In this document: in pieces, positions 36,203-44,491 of the stretch
How positions within the stretch are numbered: the first letter of the stretch is position 1
Layout of the letters: the number at the start of each line of letters is the position of its first letter
Assembly (NCBI GenBank): GCA_964628045.1
Contig: CAZVMF010000001.1
Span: 47,049-111,048 of the forward strand
Length of the DNA stretch: 64,000 bases
Origin: an uncultured Gammaproteobacteria bacterium
GTDB taxonomy: Bacteria > Patescibacteriota > Patescibacteriia > Patescibacteriales > Patescibacteriaceae
Direction of reading: 5' to 3'
Notes under the pieces: model-generated
Database searches by the model: none
What the model saw: the letters and a program-made list of their open reading frames with translations, nothing else
Told to the model about the DNA's origin: nothing
Position numbers and translations under genes: made by a program

Positions 36203-36961
36203 ATGCCACGCGTAGCAAACAATCAGGACACAATGGAGCAGGGACGTATCGGAGCCAGTAATTTCAAATTCTCCGGCATCCGCACCGAGCATCTCGGCGC
36301 TTCCGAATACACGTTATTTACCATCGGTGTAGATTCTACAGGTTCAGTACACAGTTTTAAAACAGAACTGCGCAAATGCCTTATAACCTCCATAGAATCA
36401 TGCAAAAAATCTCCCCGGGCGGACAATATCTTAGTGAGAGTATTTCTCTTTTCAGAAGAATTTCCTTCCGGTATACAGGAGATACACGGTTTCAAGCCAT
36501 TGGCTGAGATCGATCCTAATGATTATCCGGACTTCGAACCCGGCGGCGGAACACCATTGTTCGACGCCGTATATTCAGCCGTAGGCGCCACCAACGCTTA
36601 TGCGCAGAAGCTTCATGACGATGATTTTATGACGAATGCGATCACCACCATTATAACTGATGGAGAAGATAATGCTTCAACCATGAAACCGAGCGCCATC
36701 AAGCGCGAAATTGAAAGAGCCATCAAGGGTGAATTCATCGAATCATCATTGACAATATTGGTAGGTGTGAACGTTGCCACGTACTTGCCGGAATTACAGG
36801 CATTCCAAAAGGATGCCGCTCTCGACAAATTTATTGACGCGGGCGACGTTACTCCGGGCAAGCTGGCAAAGCTCGCCGAATTCGTGAGCAAATCCGTAAG
36901 TTCCCAGTCACAAGCATTGGGTTCGGGCGGACCGTCACAAAATATCGATGCAACAATATAA
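36203..36961 (+). CDS. von Willebrand factor A (vWA) domain protein, TerY-like
   Basis: 252 aa. MIDAS-type motifs GVDSTGS, GGGTPL, ITDGEDN. Confidence 0.7.
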   Translation: MPRVANNQDTMEQGRIGASNFKFSGIRTEHLGASEYTLFTIGVDSTGSVHSFKTELRKCLITSIESCKKSPRADNILVRVFLFSEEFPSGIQEIHGFKPLAEIDPNDYPDFEPGGGTPLFDAVYSAVGATNAYAQKLHDDDFMTNAITTIITDGEDNASTMKPSAIKREIERAIKGEFIESSLTILVGVNVATYLPELQAFQKDAALDKFIDAGDVTPGKLAKLAEFVSKSVSSQSQALGSGGPSQNIDATI

Positions 36962-37021
36962 GCACATTCATTAACCATACAGGGCATCGGAAACGGTGCC
37001 CTGATTCATAGAAAGAACATA

Positions 37022-37915
37022 ATGGAACCGATAGTAAGCTTTGATTCATATTTTGTCATAGGCGGCCTGCACCTTCGTCAGAATAAGCCTTGTCAGGATC
37101 ATGCTCTCGGCGGATCGGACGAAGCGAGTGCATACATCGCCGTTTCGGACGGCTGCTCAAGCGGACGTCATACTGACATCGGCGCTCGAATCATGACGAC
37201 GACGGCGTTGATTACACTCAAACGTCATCTTGATATTGGTGGTGATACCATCAATCCTTCTGCCATTGCGCAACTGAACGAACGGATTAGGATAGCGGCT
37301 GAAGCCAATAAGCACATGCTCGGTCTCACTACTCAGGACATGCAGGCAACCTGTCTCTATGCTCTCGTTACCGCGCAGGGCGGTTTCATTCAAGTTGTCG
37401 GTGACGGCGTTGTCATTCTCAAATATCTAGATTCAAGCATGGATTCGTATGAATTTAAATGGCAGGAAAATCGCCCGTACTATCTGGCCTATCAAGGTCA
37501 AAACCTCAGACAATTCATTACGGATCATGAACAGGTTGAGAACGCAGAGAAAGCTCTTTGCGTGACAATCAGGCATTTTGATCCTGAGGGAAATGTCACG
37601 ATCGAACAGTCGAATCTGTCTGTCAGACAAGCAATAGAAGGCTATAGCATCGTGATCAACCAATCAACTCAAGAACGCCTCGAAGATGTTATCATCTGTT
37701 CGGATGGCTTAGAAAGCTTCCACACAGAGGAAAACGAGGTTGATCTTGAATCAGTTATACGAAATATTAGCGCCTTCAAGACTTCGAAAGGCGAATTCAT
37801 AAAACGACGCGTTAGCCGCATGCTTGCCGATTTTTCCAAAGAGGGGATCGAGGCAAGCGATGATCTGGCCTGCGCCGCAATTCACATTAATCATTCAGAA
37901 AGGAAAGCAGAGTGA
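37022..37915 (+). CDS. PP2C-family (PP2C_2-like) protein phosphatase
   Basis: 297 aa. GGLHLRQNKPCQDHA...YIAVSDGCSSGRHTDIGA... and the C-terminal ...SDDLACAAI pattern of bacterial PP2C_2 proteins. Confidence 0.65.
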   Translation: MEPIVSFDSYFVIGGLHLRQNKPCQDHALGGSDEASAYIAVSDGCSSGRHTDIGARIMTTTALITLKRHLDIGGDTINPSAIAQLNERIRIAAEANKHMLGLTTQDMQATCLYALVTAQGGFIQVVGDGVVILKYLDSSMDSYEFKWQENRPYYLAYQGQNLRQFITDHEQVENAEKALCVTIRHFDPEGNVTIEQSNLSVRQAIEGYSIVINQSTQERLEDVIICSDGLESFHTEENEVDLESVIRNISAFKTSKGEFIKRRVSRMLADFSKEGIEASDDLACAAIHINHSERKAE

Positions 37916-37916
37916 C

Positions 37917-39662
37917 ATGACACAAACGGGAGCAGTTAAAAAAACGCAGCAATTCGAGCTGGAGGGACGCGGCGTTATAACTCTGCGACCCTCTGATCAT
38001 GTTGCGACAGGCGGAGAAGGATCGGTATACAAAGCCTCTTCGAAAACGCTTATAAAGCTATATTCAGATCCTCTAAAAATGCAACGAGACAGGATGGAAG
38101 AGAAAATCCGCTTGCTTATGCCGATAAAACATCCTTTCATTGTATCACCAAAGGGTCTCGTGTTTGCCAATGGGAAAGCTGCTGGTTTTTACATGGATTA
38201 CGAAAGGGGAGATCCTTTGGCTCGTGTTTTTACCAGTGCATATTGGCAGCGGGAACAATTCGATCTTGACAGCGCTATTAAGCTGGTCGAGGGAATGCGC
38301 GAAGTGATTTGCGAAGCGCATGCGCACAAGGCCATATTGGTTGATGCCAATGAATTTAATTGGCTTGTTAATCGGATAAAGAAAGATCCCGAACCTCGAG
38401 TAATCGATGTTGATTCTTGGGCGATAGGAAAGTTCAAGGCCTCTGTCATTATGCCGTCGATTAGAGATTGGCATACGACGGGTTTTAATGAAGATTCGGA
38501 TTGGTTCTCTTTCGGTGTTGTTTCCTTTCAGGTCTTTAGTGGGGTTCATCCCTACAAGGGCATGCTCGACGGTTATGCGCCGAACGATATTGAAAAAAGA
38601 ATGAAAGCGAATCTTTCAGTCTTTTCAAAAGGAGTGCGCCTAAACAGCGCGGTCCGTGACTTTAAACAAATTCCCAAACCTTTGCTTGATTGGTATCACG
38701 ATCTTTTTCAGAACGGCCGGCGTAGTCAAGCGCCATCGTTACATTCAGGAGCTCAGCCGATACCTAAAGCCGCTTTGGTCCGTCGGACCATTGTAGTTGG
38801 TCCTTCTGATCTGCTTAGCTTCGAACTTTTGTTTGACGGCTTCTCAGATCCGGTTGTTGAGCTGTTTCCTGCCGGTGTGCTCAGATTGAAATCAGGTAAG
38901 CTGATTCATCTCGTAACCAAACGAGTTATCGGGCAGTGTAAGCACAACGAATGCGAAGTGGTGGACACTGAAGGCGGATTACTTCTGGCCGAACTCGACT
39001 CCGCGGGAAAATTAGAATGCAATGTTTTAAAGCAAAATGGACAGATGCAAGCGGTCCCTTCTCAGCTCACCGCAGAAAAGTTATTGCGTTATGAGAACAG
39101 ACTGTTCCTGGTCGGGGACAGGGGATTGACCGAACTCAAGCTCAAACAGATCGGCAAGCCTTTTCTGGTCGCCACTAATACATGGCCGGCGCTCAGCAAT
39201 TCGACTCATTGGTTTAACGGACTGGGCGTGCAGGATTCATTGGGAGCGACGTATCTTGTCCTTCCGTTCGGTGAGGATTCCTGCAGCTTTGTCAGGACGC
39301 CGGAACTTGATGGTAAGAAAATTGCCGATGCGGTTTCCGGATCTCGTTATGCGGCTATCATTGCCCTTGATCCGAAAACCGGAGACTATGAGCAGCATGA
39401 ATTCGTCTTTAACAAAGACTATTCAAACTATGCAGCTTCTCGTGAAACGGCTAACCGTCTCGACCTTAACTTGGCGGTTCTTCCAAAGGGGGTCGCTGTC
39501 AGTGTTCCGGAAGACGGAAAGCTTAAAATCTTTGTTCCGACCAACGGTCAGGAAAAGATCGTTTCCGATTCACATATCCAAAGCTCTTTCAACGTGACCA
39601 ACTGGCTAAATACTGCCGCTGTCATTAGTGGCAGTCAGCTTTGGTCCATAACCATGAAATAA
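37917..39662 (+). CDS. Ser/Thr protein kinase-like protein with ~300-aa beta-rich C-terminal domain
   Basis: ATG 37917 (RBS AGGAAAG, 1 nt after the PP2C stop) is preferred to the overlapping start at 37824. Gly-loop ATGGEGSVYK, IKLY Lys, catalytic ILVDANEFNWLV, VIDVDSW (DFG-equivalent), SDWFSFGVV. Confidence 0.7.
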   Translation: MTQTGAVKKTQQFELEGRGVITLRPSDHVATGGEGSVYKASSKTLIKLYSDPLKMQRDRMEEKIRLLMPIKHPFIVSPKGLVFANGKAAGFYMDYERGDPLARVFTSAYWQREQFDLDSAIKLVEGMREVICEAHAHKAILVDANEFNWLVNRIKKDPEPRVIDVDSWAIGKFKASVIMPSIRDWHTTGFNEDSDWFSFGVVSFQVFSGVHPYKGMLDGYAPNDIEKRMKANLSVFSKGVRLNSAVRDFKQIPKPLLDWYHDLFQNGRRSQAPSLHSGAQPIPKAALVRRTIVVGPSDLLSFELLFDGFSDPVVELFPAGVLRLKSGKLIHLVTKRVIGQCKHNECEVVDTEGGLLLAELDSAGKLECNVLKQNGQMQAVPSQLTAEKLLRYENRLFLVGDRGLTELKLKQIGKPFLVATNTWPALSNSTHWFNGLGVQDSLGATYLVLPFGEDSCSFVRTPELDGKKIADAVSGSRYAAIIALDPKTGDYEQHEFVFNKDYSNYAASRETANRLDLNLAVLPKGVAVSVPEDGKLKIFVPTNGQEKIVSDSHIQSSFNVTNWLNTAAVISGSQLWSITMK

Positions 39663-39678
39663 GCTCTTTATAGCAAAA

Positions 39679-39704
39679 AAGGGGACAGAAATGCCCCCTT
39701 TTAT
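39679..39704 (+). terminator. Rho-independent terminator
   Basis: AAGGGG...CCCCTT hairpin followed by TTAT. Confidence 0.55.
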
Positions 39705-39743
39705 GTTACTCTTAAGAGTGTGGATAAGTAAGCCTTTCAGGAC

Positions 39744-39771
39744 TTGACAAGTAATATAGTTAGTGTATAAT
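39744..39771 (+). promoter_or_regulatory. Sigma70 promoter of pnuC-nadR-nrtR
   Basis: TTGACA (39744-39749), 16 nt, TATAAT (39766-39771). Confidence 0.65.
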
Positions 39772-39779
39772 TAACACTA
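39761..39779. promoter_or_regulatory. Candidate NrtR operator 3 (TAGTGT-N7-ACACTA)
   Basis: Perfect palindrome overlapping the -10 box, directly upstream of the operon that encodes NrtR. Confidence 0.6.
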
Positions 39780-39800
39780 TCAAGATACTTAAATATTTAT

Positions 39801-40487
39801 ATGGAAACTATTATACATTTTTTCAGCATCAATACAACCTTGTTCACGTTCATGGATTACCAGATGAGCTATATTGAATTTTTCGGAACAGTCTTCAATC
39901 TGCTCTGCGTATGGCTTGCCGTTAAGCGTAATGTTTGGACTTGGCCTGCCGGTTTAGTATCGATTGTATTGTACTTTTTCTTATTCTTTCAGATACAGCT
40001 GTACTCTGATTTATTTGAACAAATGTATTTTTTTATAATGAGCTTTTACGGTTGGTATATCTGGCTTAAAAACGGTTATCAGAAAGACACAGAATTGCAT
40101 GTAGAGAAAAATACAGTAAAGGAGAATATTGTGTATGTCGGTCTCATAATTATTGCAACTATCATATTGGGTTATTTCATGAGAAACATCCATATTTATT
40201 TCCCAAATATTTTTTCAGAACCGGCTTCGTACCCATATTTGGACGCATTCACCACCATACTTAGCTTCGCGGCGACTATTTTGTTAGCTCAGAAGAAATT
40301 TGAAAATTGGCATCTTTGGATAGTGGTGGATATTATCGGTATCTGGCTTTACTATGTGAAAGGCGTTAAGTTCATCGCGTTTGAATATCTTATTTTCTTG
40401 ATTATGGCTAGCCGAGGCTTTTGGGAGTGGCGTACAATTCTTAAAAAAGAGAAATCATTTAAAACTAATCCCTCATATGTTAACTAA
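39801..40487 (+). CDS. pnuC: Nicotinamide riboside transporter PnuC
   Basis: 228 aa with 7-8 TM helices. YIEFFGTVFNLLCVWLAVKRNVWTWPAG...FYGWYIW is the PnuC signature. Confidence 0.85.
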   Translation: METIIHFFSINTTLFTFMDYQMSYIEFFGTVFNLLCVWLAVKRNVWTWPAGLVSIVLYFFLFFQIQLYSDLFEQMYFFIMSFYGWYIWLKNGYQKDTELHVEKNTVKENIVYVGLIIIATIILGYFMRNIHIYFPNIFSEPASYPYLDAFTTILSFAATILLAQKKFENWHLWIVVDIIGIWLYYVKGVKFIAFEYLIFLIMASRGFWEWRTILKKEKSFKTNPSYVN

Positions 40488-41520
40488 TATCATCAACAAT
40501 CCGGCTTTGCCCGGAAAAAAACTCGGCAGCGGTCTTGTTTTCGGCAAATTTATGCCTTTGCATGACGGTCATATTTATCTTTTGAGTTTTGCTCAGCGTT
40601 CTGTCCATCGTTTAACTATCATAGTGTGCAGTCTAAAGAACGAACCGATTCCGGGCGAAATTCGTTATCAATGGGTCAAGCAGATGTTTCCGGAAGCAAA
40701 TGTAATCCATCATTATGATGAGATTCCGCAAGACCCTTCAGAGGATCCTAATTTCTGGCAGATTTGGGAAGACACGATTAAGCGTCACTGTCCGGGCGAA
40801 GAATTCGATTGCTTGTTTGGCTCTGAAGATTATGGCTGGAAGATGGCAGAGAAGATGGGAATTCAATATATTCCCGTGAACAGAGTGCGCAGCCTTGTCC
40901 CGATCTCCGGCACGGAAATGCGAACTCATCCTCTGAAAAACTGGGAATTTTTGCCTCGCGTTGTTCGGCCCTACTTTTTAAAGAAAGTATGTATTGTCGG
41001 ACCTGAATCGGTTGGCAAATCGACGCTTGCCAAGAAGCTTGCTGAACATTACGGTACAGTGCATGTTGAAGAATACGGCTGGACTTTATTGCAGGATTAT
41101 TATGTTAATGCGGTACGCAAACCGGGCGAAGTAATTATTGAAGATTTTCCGACAATCGCCCGTGGACAAATAGCCAGCGAAGATTCTCTTGCTCACCGGG
41201 CTACGAAAGTCATGTTCTGTGATACTGATCTTATCACTACAGTCTATTGGGCAAACCATTATTGTAAACAATGCCCGAAATGGATTGAAGAAGAAGCCGA
41301 AAGGCGCAGTTATGATTTATATATCCTCCTTGATCCTAATGTGCCATTTGTCGATGAGAACTATCGGGTTATGACAAAACAAGAAGATCGTGAGGCATAT
41401 TATAAATGGTGGGAGATGGAGTTGATCCGCCGCGCCCGACCCTTTGTAAAAATTTCCGGCGATTGGGACAAGCGTTTTAAAGATGCTTGCTCAGCCGTTG
41501 ATCAATTAATTAAAGAATAA
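40477..41520 (+). CDS. nadR: Bifunctional NMN adenylyltransferase / ribosylnicotinamide kinase (NadR-type, no HTH)
   Basis: 347 aa. GLVFGKFMPLHDGHIYLL (nucleotidyltransferase HxGH) and a P-loop VCIVGPESVGKSTL (RNK domain). It overlaps pnuC by 11 nt. Confidence 0.85.
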   Translation: MLTNIINNPALPGKKLGSGLVFGKFMPLHDGHIYLLSFAQRSVHRLTIIVCSLKNEPIPGEIRYQWVKQMFPEANVIHHYDEIPQDPSEDPNFWQIWEDTIKRHCPGEEFDCLFGSEDYGWKMAEKMGIQYIPVNRVRSLVPISGTEMRTHPLKNWEFLPRVVRPYFLKKVCIVGPESVGKSTLAKKLAEHYGTVHVEEYGWTLLQDYYVNAVRKPGEVIIEDFPTIARGQIASEDSLAHRATKVMFCDTDLITTVYWANHYCKQCPKWIEEEAERRSYDLYILLDPNVPFVDENYRVMTKQEDREAYYKWWEMELIRRARPFVKISGDWDKRFKDACSAVDQLIKE

Positions 41521-41527
41521 TTATTAT

Positions 41528-42214
41528 ATGAGTTCAAAAAAAACCATCAAAGCTTTGCGTCAATTCCAGCACGCGATCGTCGCCGTCGATACGGTTCTCT
41601 TCGCAATTAATGATGACAAACTTATGACTGTCTTGTTGCAAATCAAGCGCAAGCCCTTAACAGGAACCTGGGCATTGCCCGGTGGATTGATAATGCCGGA
41701 TGAAAACTTCGAGCAAGGAATTGAGCGTCATTTGCGTAGCAAGTTAGGTTTGAAAAAACCGTATGCTGAACAACTATACACTTTCGGAGAAACCGACCGT
41801 GATCCGCGCGGACGCGTTGTTTCCGTTGCATATATCGGTCTCTTGTCTCAAGTCGAGAATAAATTAAGTACGAACGAAGACTATTCATCAATTCAGTGGT
41901 TTGATATCAAGAAACTTCCTGCATTGGCGTATGACCATAAGAAAATCATCTCCGTCGCCTTGGAACGTCTGCGGAGCAAGCTTGCATATACGAACATCGC
42001 TCAGTATTTACTTGAAGAGAAGTTCACGCTCAGCCAGCTACAGAAAGCGTATGAGGTGGTTTTGGGGCACGTTCTTGATAAGCGCAATTTCCGCAAAAAG
42101 CTTCTCTCACTTAATATTTTAAAAGAGGTGAAGGGGACGGCAATCGGCGCCTTTCGGCCAGCTCAACTGTATTCATTTTCCAGTAAACAGAGCAAAATCA
42201 TTGAGATTTTGTAG
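41528..42214 (+). CDS. nrtR: NrtR, Nudix-related transcriptional regulator of NAD metabolism
   Basis: 228 aa. A Nudix-like N-terminal domain with a degenerate box (LPGGLIMPDENFEQGIERHLRSKLGL), then LPALAYDHKKII...LRSKLAYTNIAQYLL...FTLSQLQKAYEVVLGHVLDKRNFRKK (winged helix). Confidence 0.85.
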   Translation: MSSKKTIKALRQFQHAIVAVDTVLFAINDDKLMTVLLQIKRKPLTGTWALPGGLIMPDENFEQGIERHLRSKLGLKKPYAEQLYTFGETDRDPRGRVVSVAYIGLLSQVENKLSTNEDYSSIQWFDIKKLPALAYDHKKIISVALERLRSKLAYTNIAQYLLEEKFTLSQLQKAYEVVLGHVLDKRNFRKKLLSLNILKEVKGTAIGAFRPAQLYSFSSKQSKIIEIL

Positions 42215-42225
42215 TTTTTATACTC

Positions 42226-42254
42226 TTGACAAAATACCTATTTTGTATTAAATT
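42226..42254 (+). promoter_or_regulatory. Candidate promoter of pncA containing the AATAC-N7-GTATT palindrome
   Basis: TTGACA (42226-42231), 17 nt, TAAATT (42249-42254). The spacer contains AATACCTATTTTGTATT. Confidence 0.4.
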
Positions 42255-42305
42255 AATTAATTAAAACAATCAAAAACAAACACATCGCGAGGAAATGAGG
42301 AAAGA

Positions 42306-42965
42306 ATGAATATTAAAAAAAGAAGAAAAAAATATGTCGCAAGTTTGGATGTCGATCCGCAGCGCGGATTTTCATCTCAGACTAAAAGAAAAGAGTTACC
42401 GGTTGAAGGAGCGGCTCAGATCGTAGGCGAGCTTGAGTGCAATAAGCATTTCAGTTTGATCCATACGGCGAGCAAAGAGGCTCATCCGCATAATCCCAAA
42501 TGGAAGGCGACTTTAACCAAGCCCCAGGGGACGGAAATACACAATAAGCCGAATCTTGACCGCAGATGGAATATTCACTGCCAGGTCGGAACTGTCGGAG
42601 CAGAATTTTTGCGCGGCATGCCAAAGGTGACGGACTATGATTACATTGCCTACAAAGGCATGGAACGGGAGATGCATCCGTACGGCGCCTGCTTTCATGA
42701 CTTGGATAAAAAGATTTCAACGGGCTTGATTGAGTTCCTGACAGTTAAAGGAATCAAACTTGTTGTGGTCGGCGGGCTTGCAACGGATTACTGCGTTAAG
42801 AACACGGTGCTTGAGCTCAGGCATGCGGGTTTCGATGTCATTGTTAATTTGGCTTCATGTCGTGGAATCGCAGCGGACACCACCAAGAGCGCCTTGTTTG
42901 AAATGAAAGGCGCGGGTGCGGTTATAGTGAAGAATTCCAAACAACTTAAAAAGTACATATATTAA
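42306..42965 (+). CDS. pncA: Nicotinamidase/pyrazinamidase
   Basis: 219 aa. LDVDPQRGF (Asp), AYKG (Lys), GGLATDYCVKNT (Cys). Context between nrtR and pncB. Confidence 0.75.
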   Translation: MNIKKRRKKYVASLDVDPQRGFSSQTKRKELPVEGAAQIVGELECNKHFSLIHTASKEAHPHNPKWKATLTKPQGTEIHNKPNLDRRWNIHCQVGTVGAEFLRGMPKVTDYDYIAYKGMEREMHPYGACFHDLDKKISTGLIEFLTVKGIKLVVVGGLATDYCVKNTVLELRHAGFDVIVNLASCRGIAADTTKSALFEMKGAGAVIVKNSKQLKKYIY

Positions 42966-43102
42966 ATCTTCGGGAACCGTAATGAAACGGTTCCCAGGAA
43001 AAGCGCAACTGACGTCAGTCGGTTCTGGTTTTCCGGTTTTAATCATTTTGATTGAAACCAAAAAGTACATTACATAAAATCATAAAGGAGAACAAAAAAC
43101 TA

Positions 43103-44371
43103 ATGGGACTCATAACAAGCTTTGATTGGAAAATCAAGGATGAGCCGATTATGCAATCATCCATGGATTTAGATACCTATAAAATCACCATGGGGCAATT
43201 AATTTTCGCTCATCACCCGAATGTTCCAATACTTTCAGGTTTACTGAATCGGACCAAGTCGGTTAACTTGGTTGATCATATCAGCAAAGAAGAGCTTAAA
43301 GAGCAATTGGATCATGCGCGCACTTTGCGGTTCACAAACAGTGAGTTGCATTACCTGCGCGGCATGAATGAATACAAAGATAGGATGTTTTCCGAAGACT
43401 ATCTTCAGTATTTAAAAAGTTACCAATTGCCTAGTTACGAGCTTAGCTACAAGAAGCGTAATCTATCGCTCGGATTTCCGGGTAAATGGACAAAGAGCAC
43501 TTATTGGGAAACAGTTGGCTTATCGATAATTGCAGAACTATTTACACGCTCGCAGGTTAGGAAACTTAGTCAAAAAGAACGTAATGCCATTATTAGCAAA
43601 GGCTTAAGAAAATTATACCGGAAAATTAAGTTGCTTAAGCAATATCCAGGCATAACAATTTCTGACTTTACTACAAGGCGCCGTGCTTTTAGAGAATGGC
43701 ATGAATTAGTAGTTTCAATTTTAAAAGCTGAGTTGCCGGGACAATTTCTTGGTACTTCAAACCTTAAAATTGCGATGGATCAGGATCTTCTCGCAATGGG
43801 AACAAATGCGCATGAATTACAGATGGTTTATTCGCGTTTATTCGGAACTTCTGATGAAGCAATCCGTTATTCGCCGCAAAGGCTTAATATGGATTGGTGG
43901 AATATGTATGGTGAAGCGTTAGCACTTCATTTACCCGACACTTTCGGAACCGATGCATATTTAAGAGATATGAGCTTTGAAGCAGCGTTGCGCAGCAAAG
44001 GTTTCAGACAGGATTCAGGTGACCCGATTGCTTTTGGAGAAAAGGTAATTTCCTTTTACAAAAGATATGGAATTGACCCAAGAGAAAAGATGATTGTCTT
44101 TAGTGATGGACTTGATGTGGAAACGATTATTAAAATCTACCTTCACTTTGAAGGAAGAATCAAGACTACCTACGGCTGGGGAACTAACCTTGGGAACGAT
44201 CTTGGTTTACAGGTTCTATCAATCGTTATAAAGATACTTATGGCCAATGGTTTACCGACAGTAAAGTTGCCGGATAACTTAAGCAAAGCCATGGGTCCAA
44301 TAGAAACCCAGGAAGAGTACAAGCGTATCTTTGATTATCACACAACCTTTATGCAGGAATGTAAATATTAA
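43103..44371 (+). CDS. pncB: Nicotinate phosphoribosyltransferase
   Basis: The ORF is open from TTG 43052; ATG 43103 (AAGGAG upstream) is preferred. DLDTYKITMGQ, FTNSELHYLRG, DFTTRRR, GTSN, GTNAHE, RQDSGDP and FSDGLD align with E. coli PncB motifs. Confidence 0.85.
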   Translation: MGLITSFDWKIKDEPIMQSSMDLDTYKITMGQLIFAHHPNVPILSGLLNRTKSVNLVDHISKEELKEQLDHARTLRFTNSELHYLRGMNEYKDRMFSEDYLQYLKSYQLPSYELSYKKRNLSLGFPGKWTKSTYWETVGLSIIAELFTRSQVRKLSQKERNAIISKGLRKLYRKIKLLKQYPGITISDFTTRRRAFREWHELVVSILKAELPGQFLGTSNLKIAMDQDLLAMGTNAHELQMVYSRLFGTSDEAIRYSPQRLNMDWWNMYGEALALHLPDTFGTDAYLRDMSFEAALRSKGFRQDSGDPIAFGEKVISFYKRYGIDPREKMIVFSDGLDVETIIKIYLHFEGRIKTTYGWGTNLGNDLGLQVLSIVIKILMANGLPTVKLPDNLSKAMGPIETQEEYKRIFDYHTTFMQECKY

Positions 44372-44386
44372 GAATGATAGTTTTAC

Positions 44387-44411
44387 GGCGGAGAGAAAAA
44401 AACTCTCCGCC
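44387..44411 (+). terminator. Rho-independent terminator
   Basis: GGCGGAGAG-aaaaaaa-CTCTCCGCC followed by AATCATTTTATTTTT. Confidence 0.65.
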
Positions 44412-44491
44412 AATCATTTTATTTTTATATGAGTTACGGATTAATCGGTAATTGATATAAAAATAAAAAATAAAATTGGAGAATATAGTAC

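Noticed and set aside
37824-37916. Upstream start (37824) for the kinase gene, overlapping the PP2C gene by 92 nt.
   Set aside because: ATG 37917 follows AGGAAAG at proper spacing and lies 1 nt after the PP2C stop. The upstream extension has no kinase features.
39772-39800. NAD+-II (pnuC motif) riboswitch upstream of pnuC.
   Set aside because: The predicted TSS leaves only ~25 nt of leader, too short for the riboswitch. Control appears to be by the palindromic operator instead.
42972-42995. Hairpin GGGAACCGT-aatgaa-ACGGTTCCC after pncA as a terminator or attenuator separating pncA from pncB.
   Set aside because: No T-tail follows (AGGAAAAGC). It may modestly affect read-through, but this cannot be called from sequence alone.
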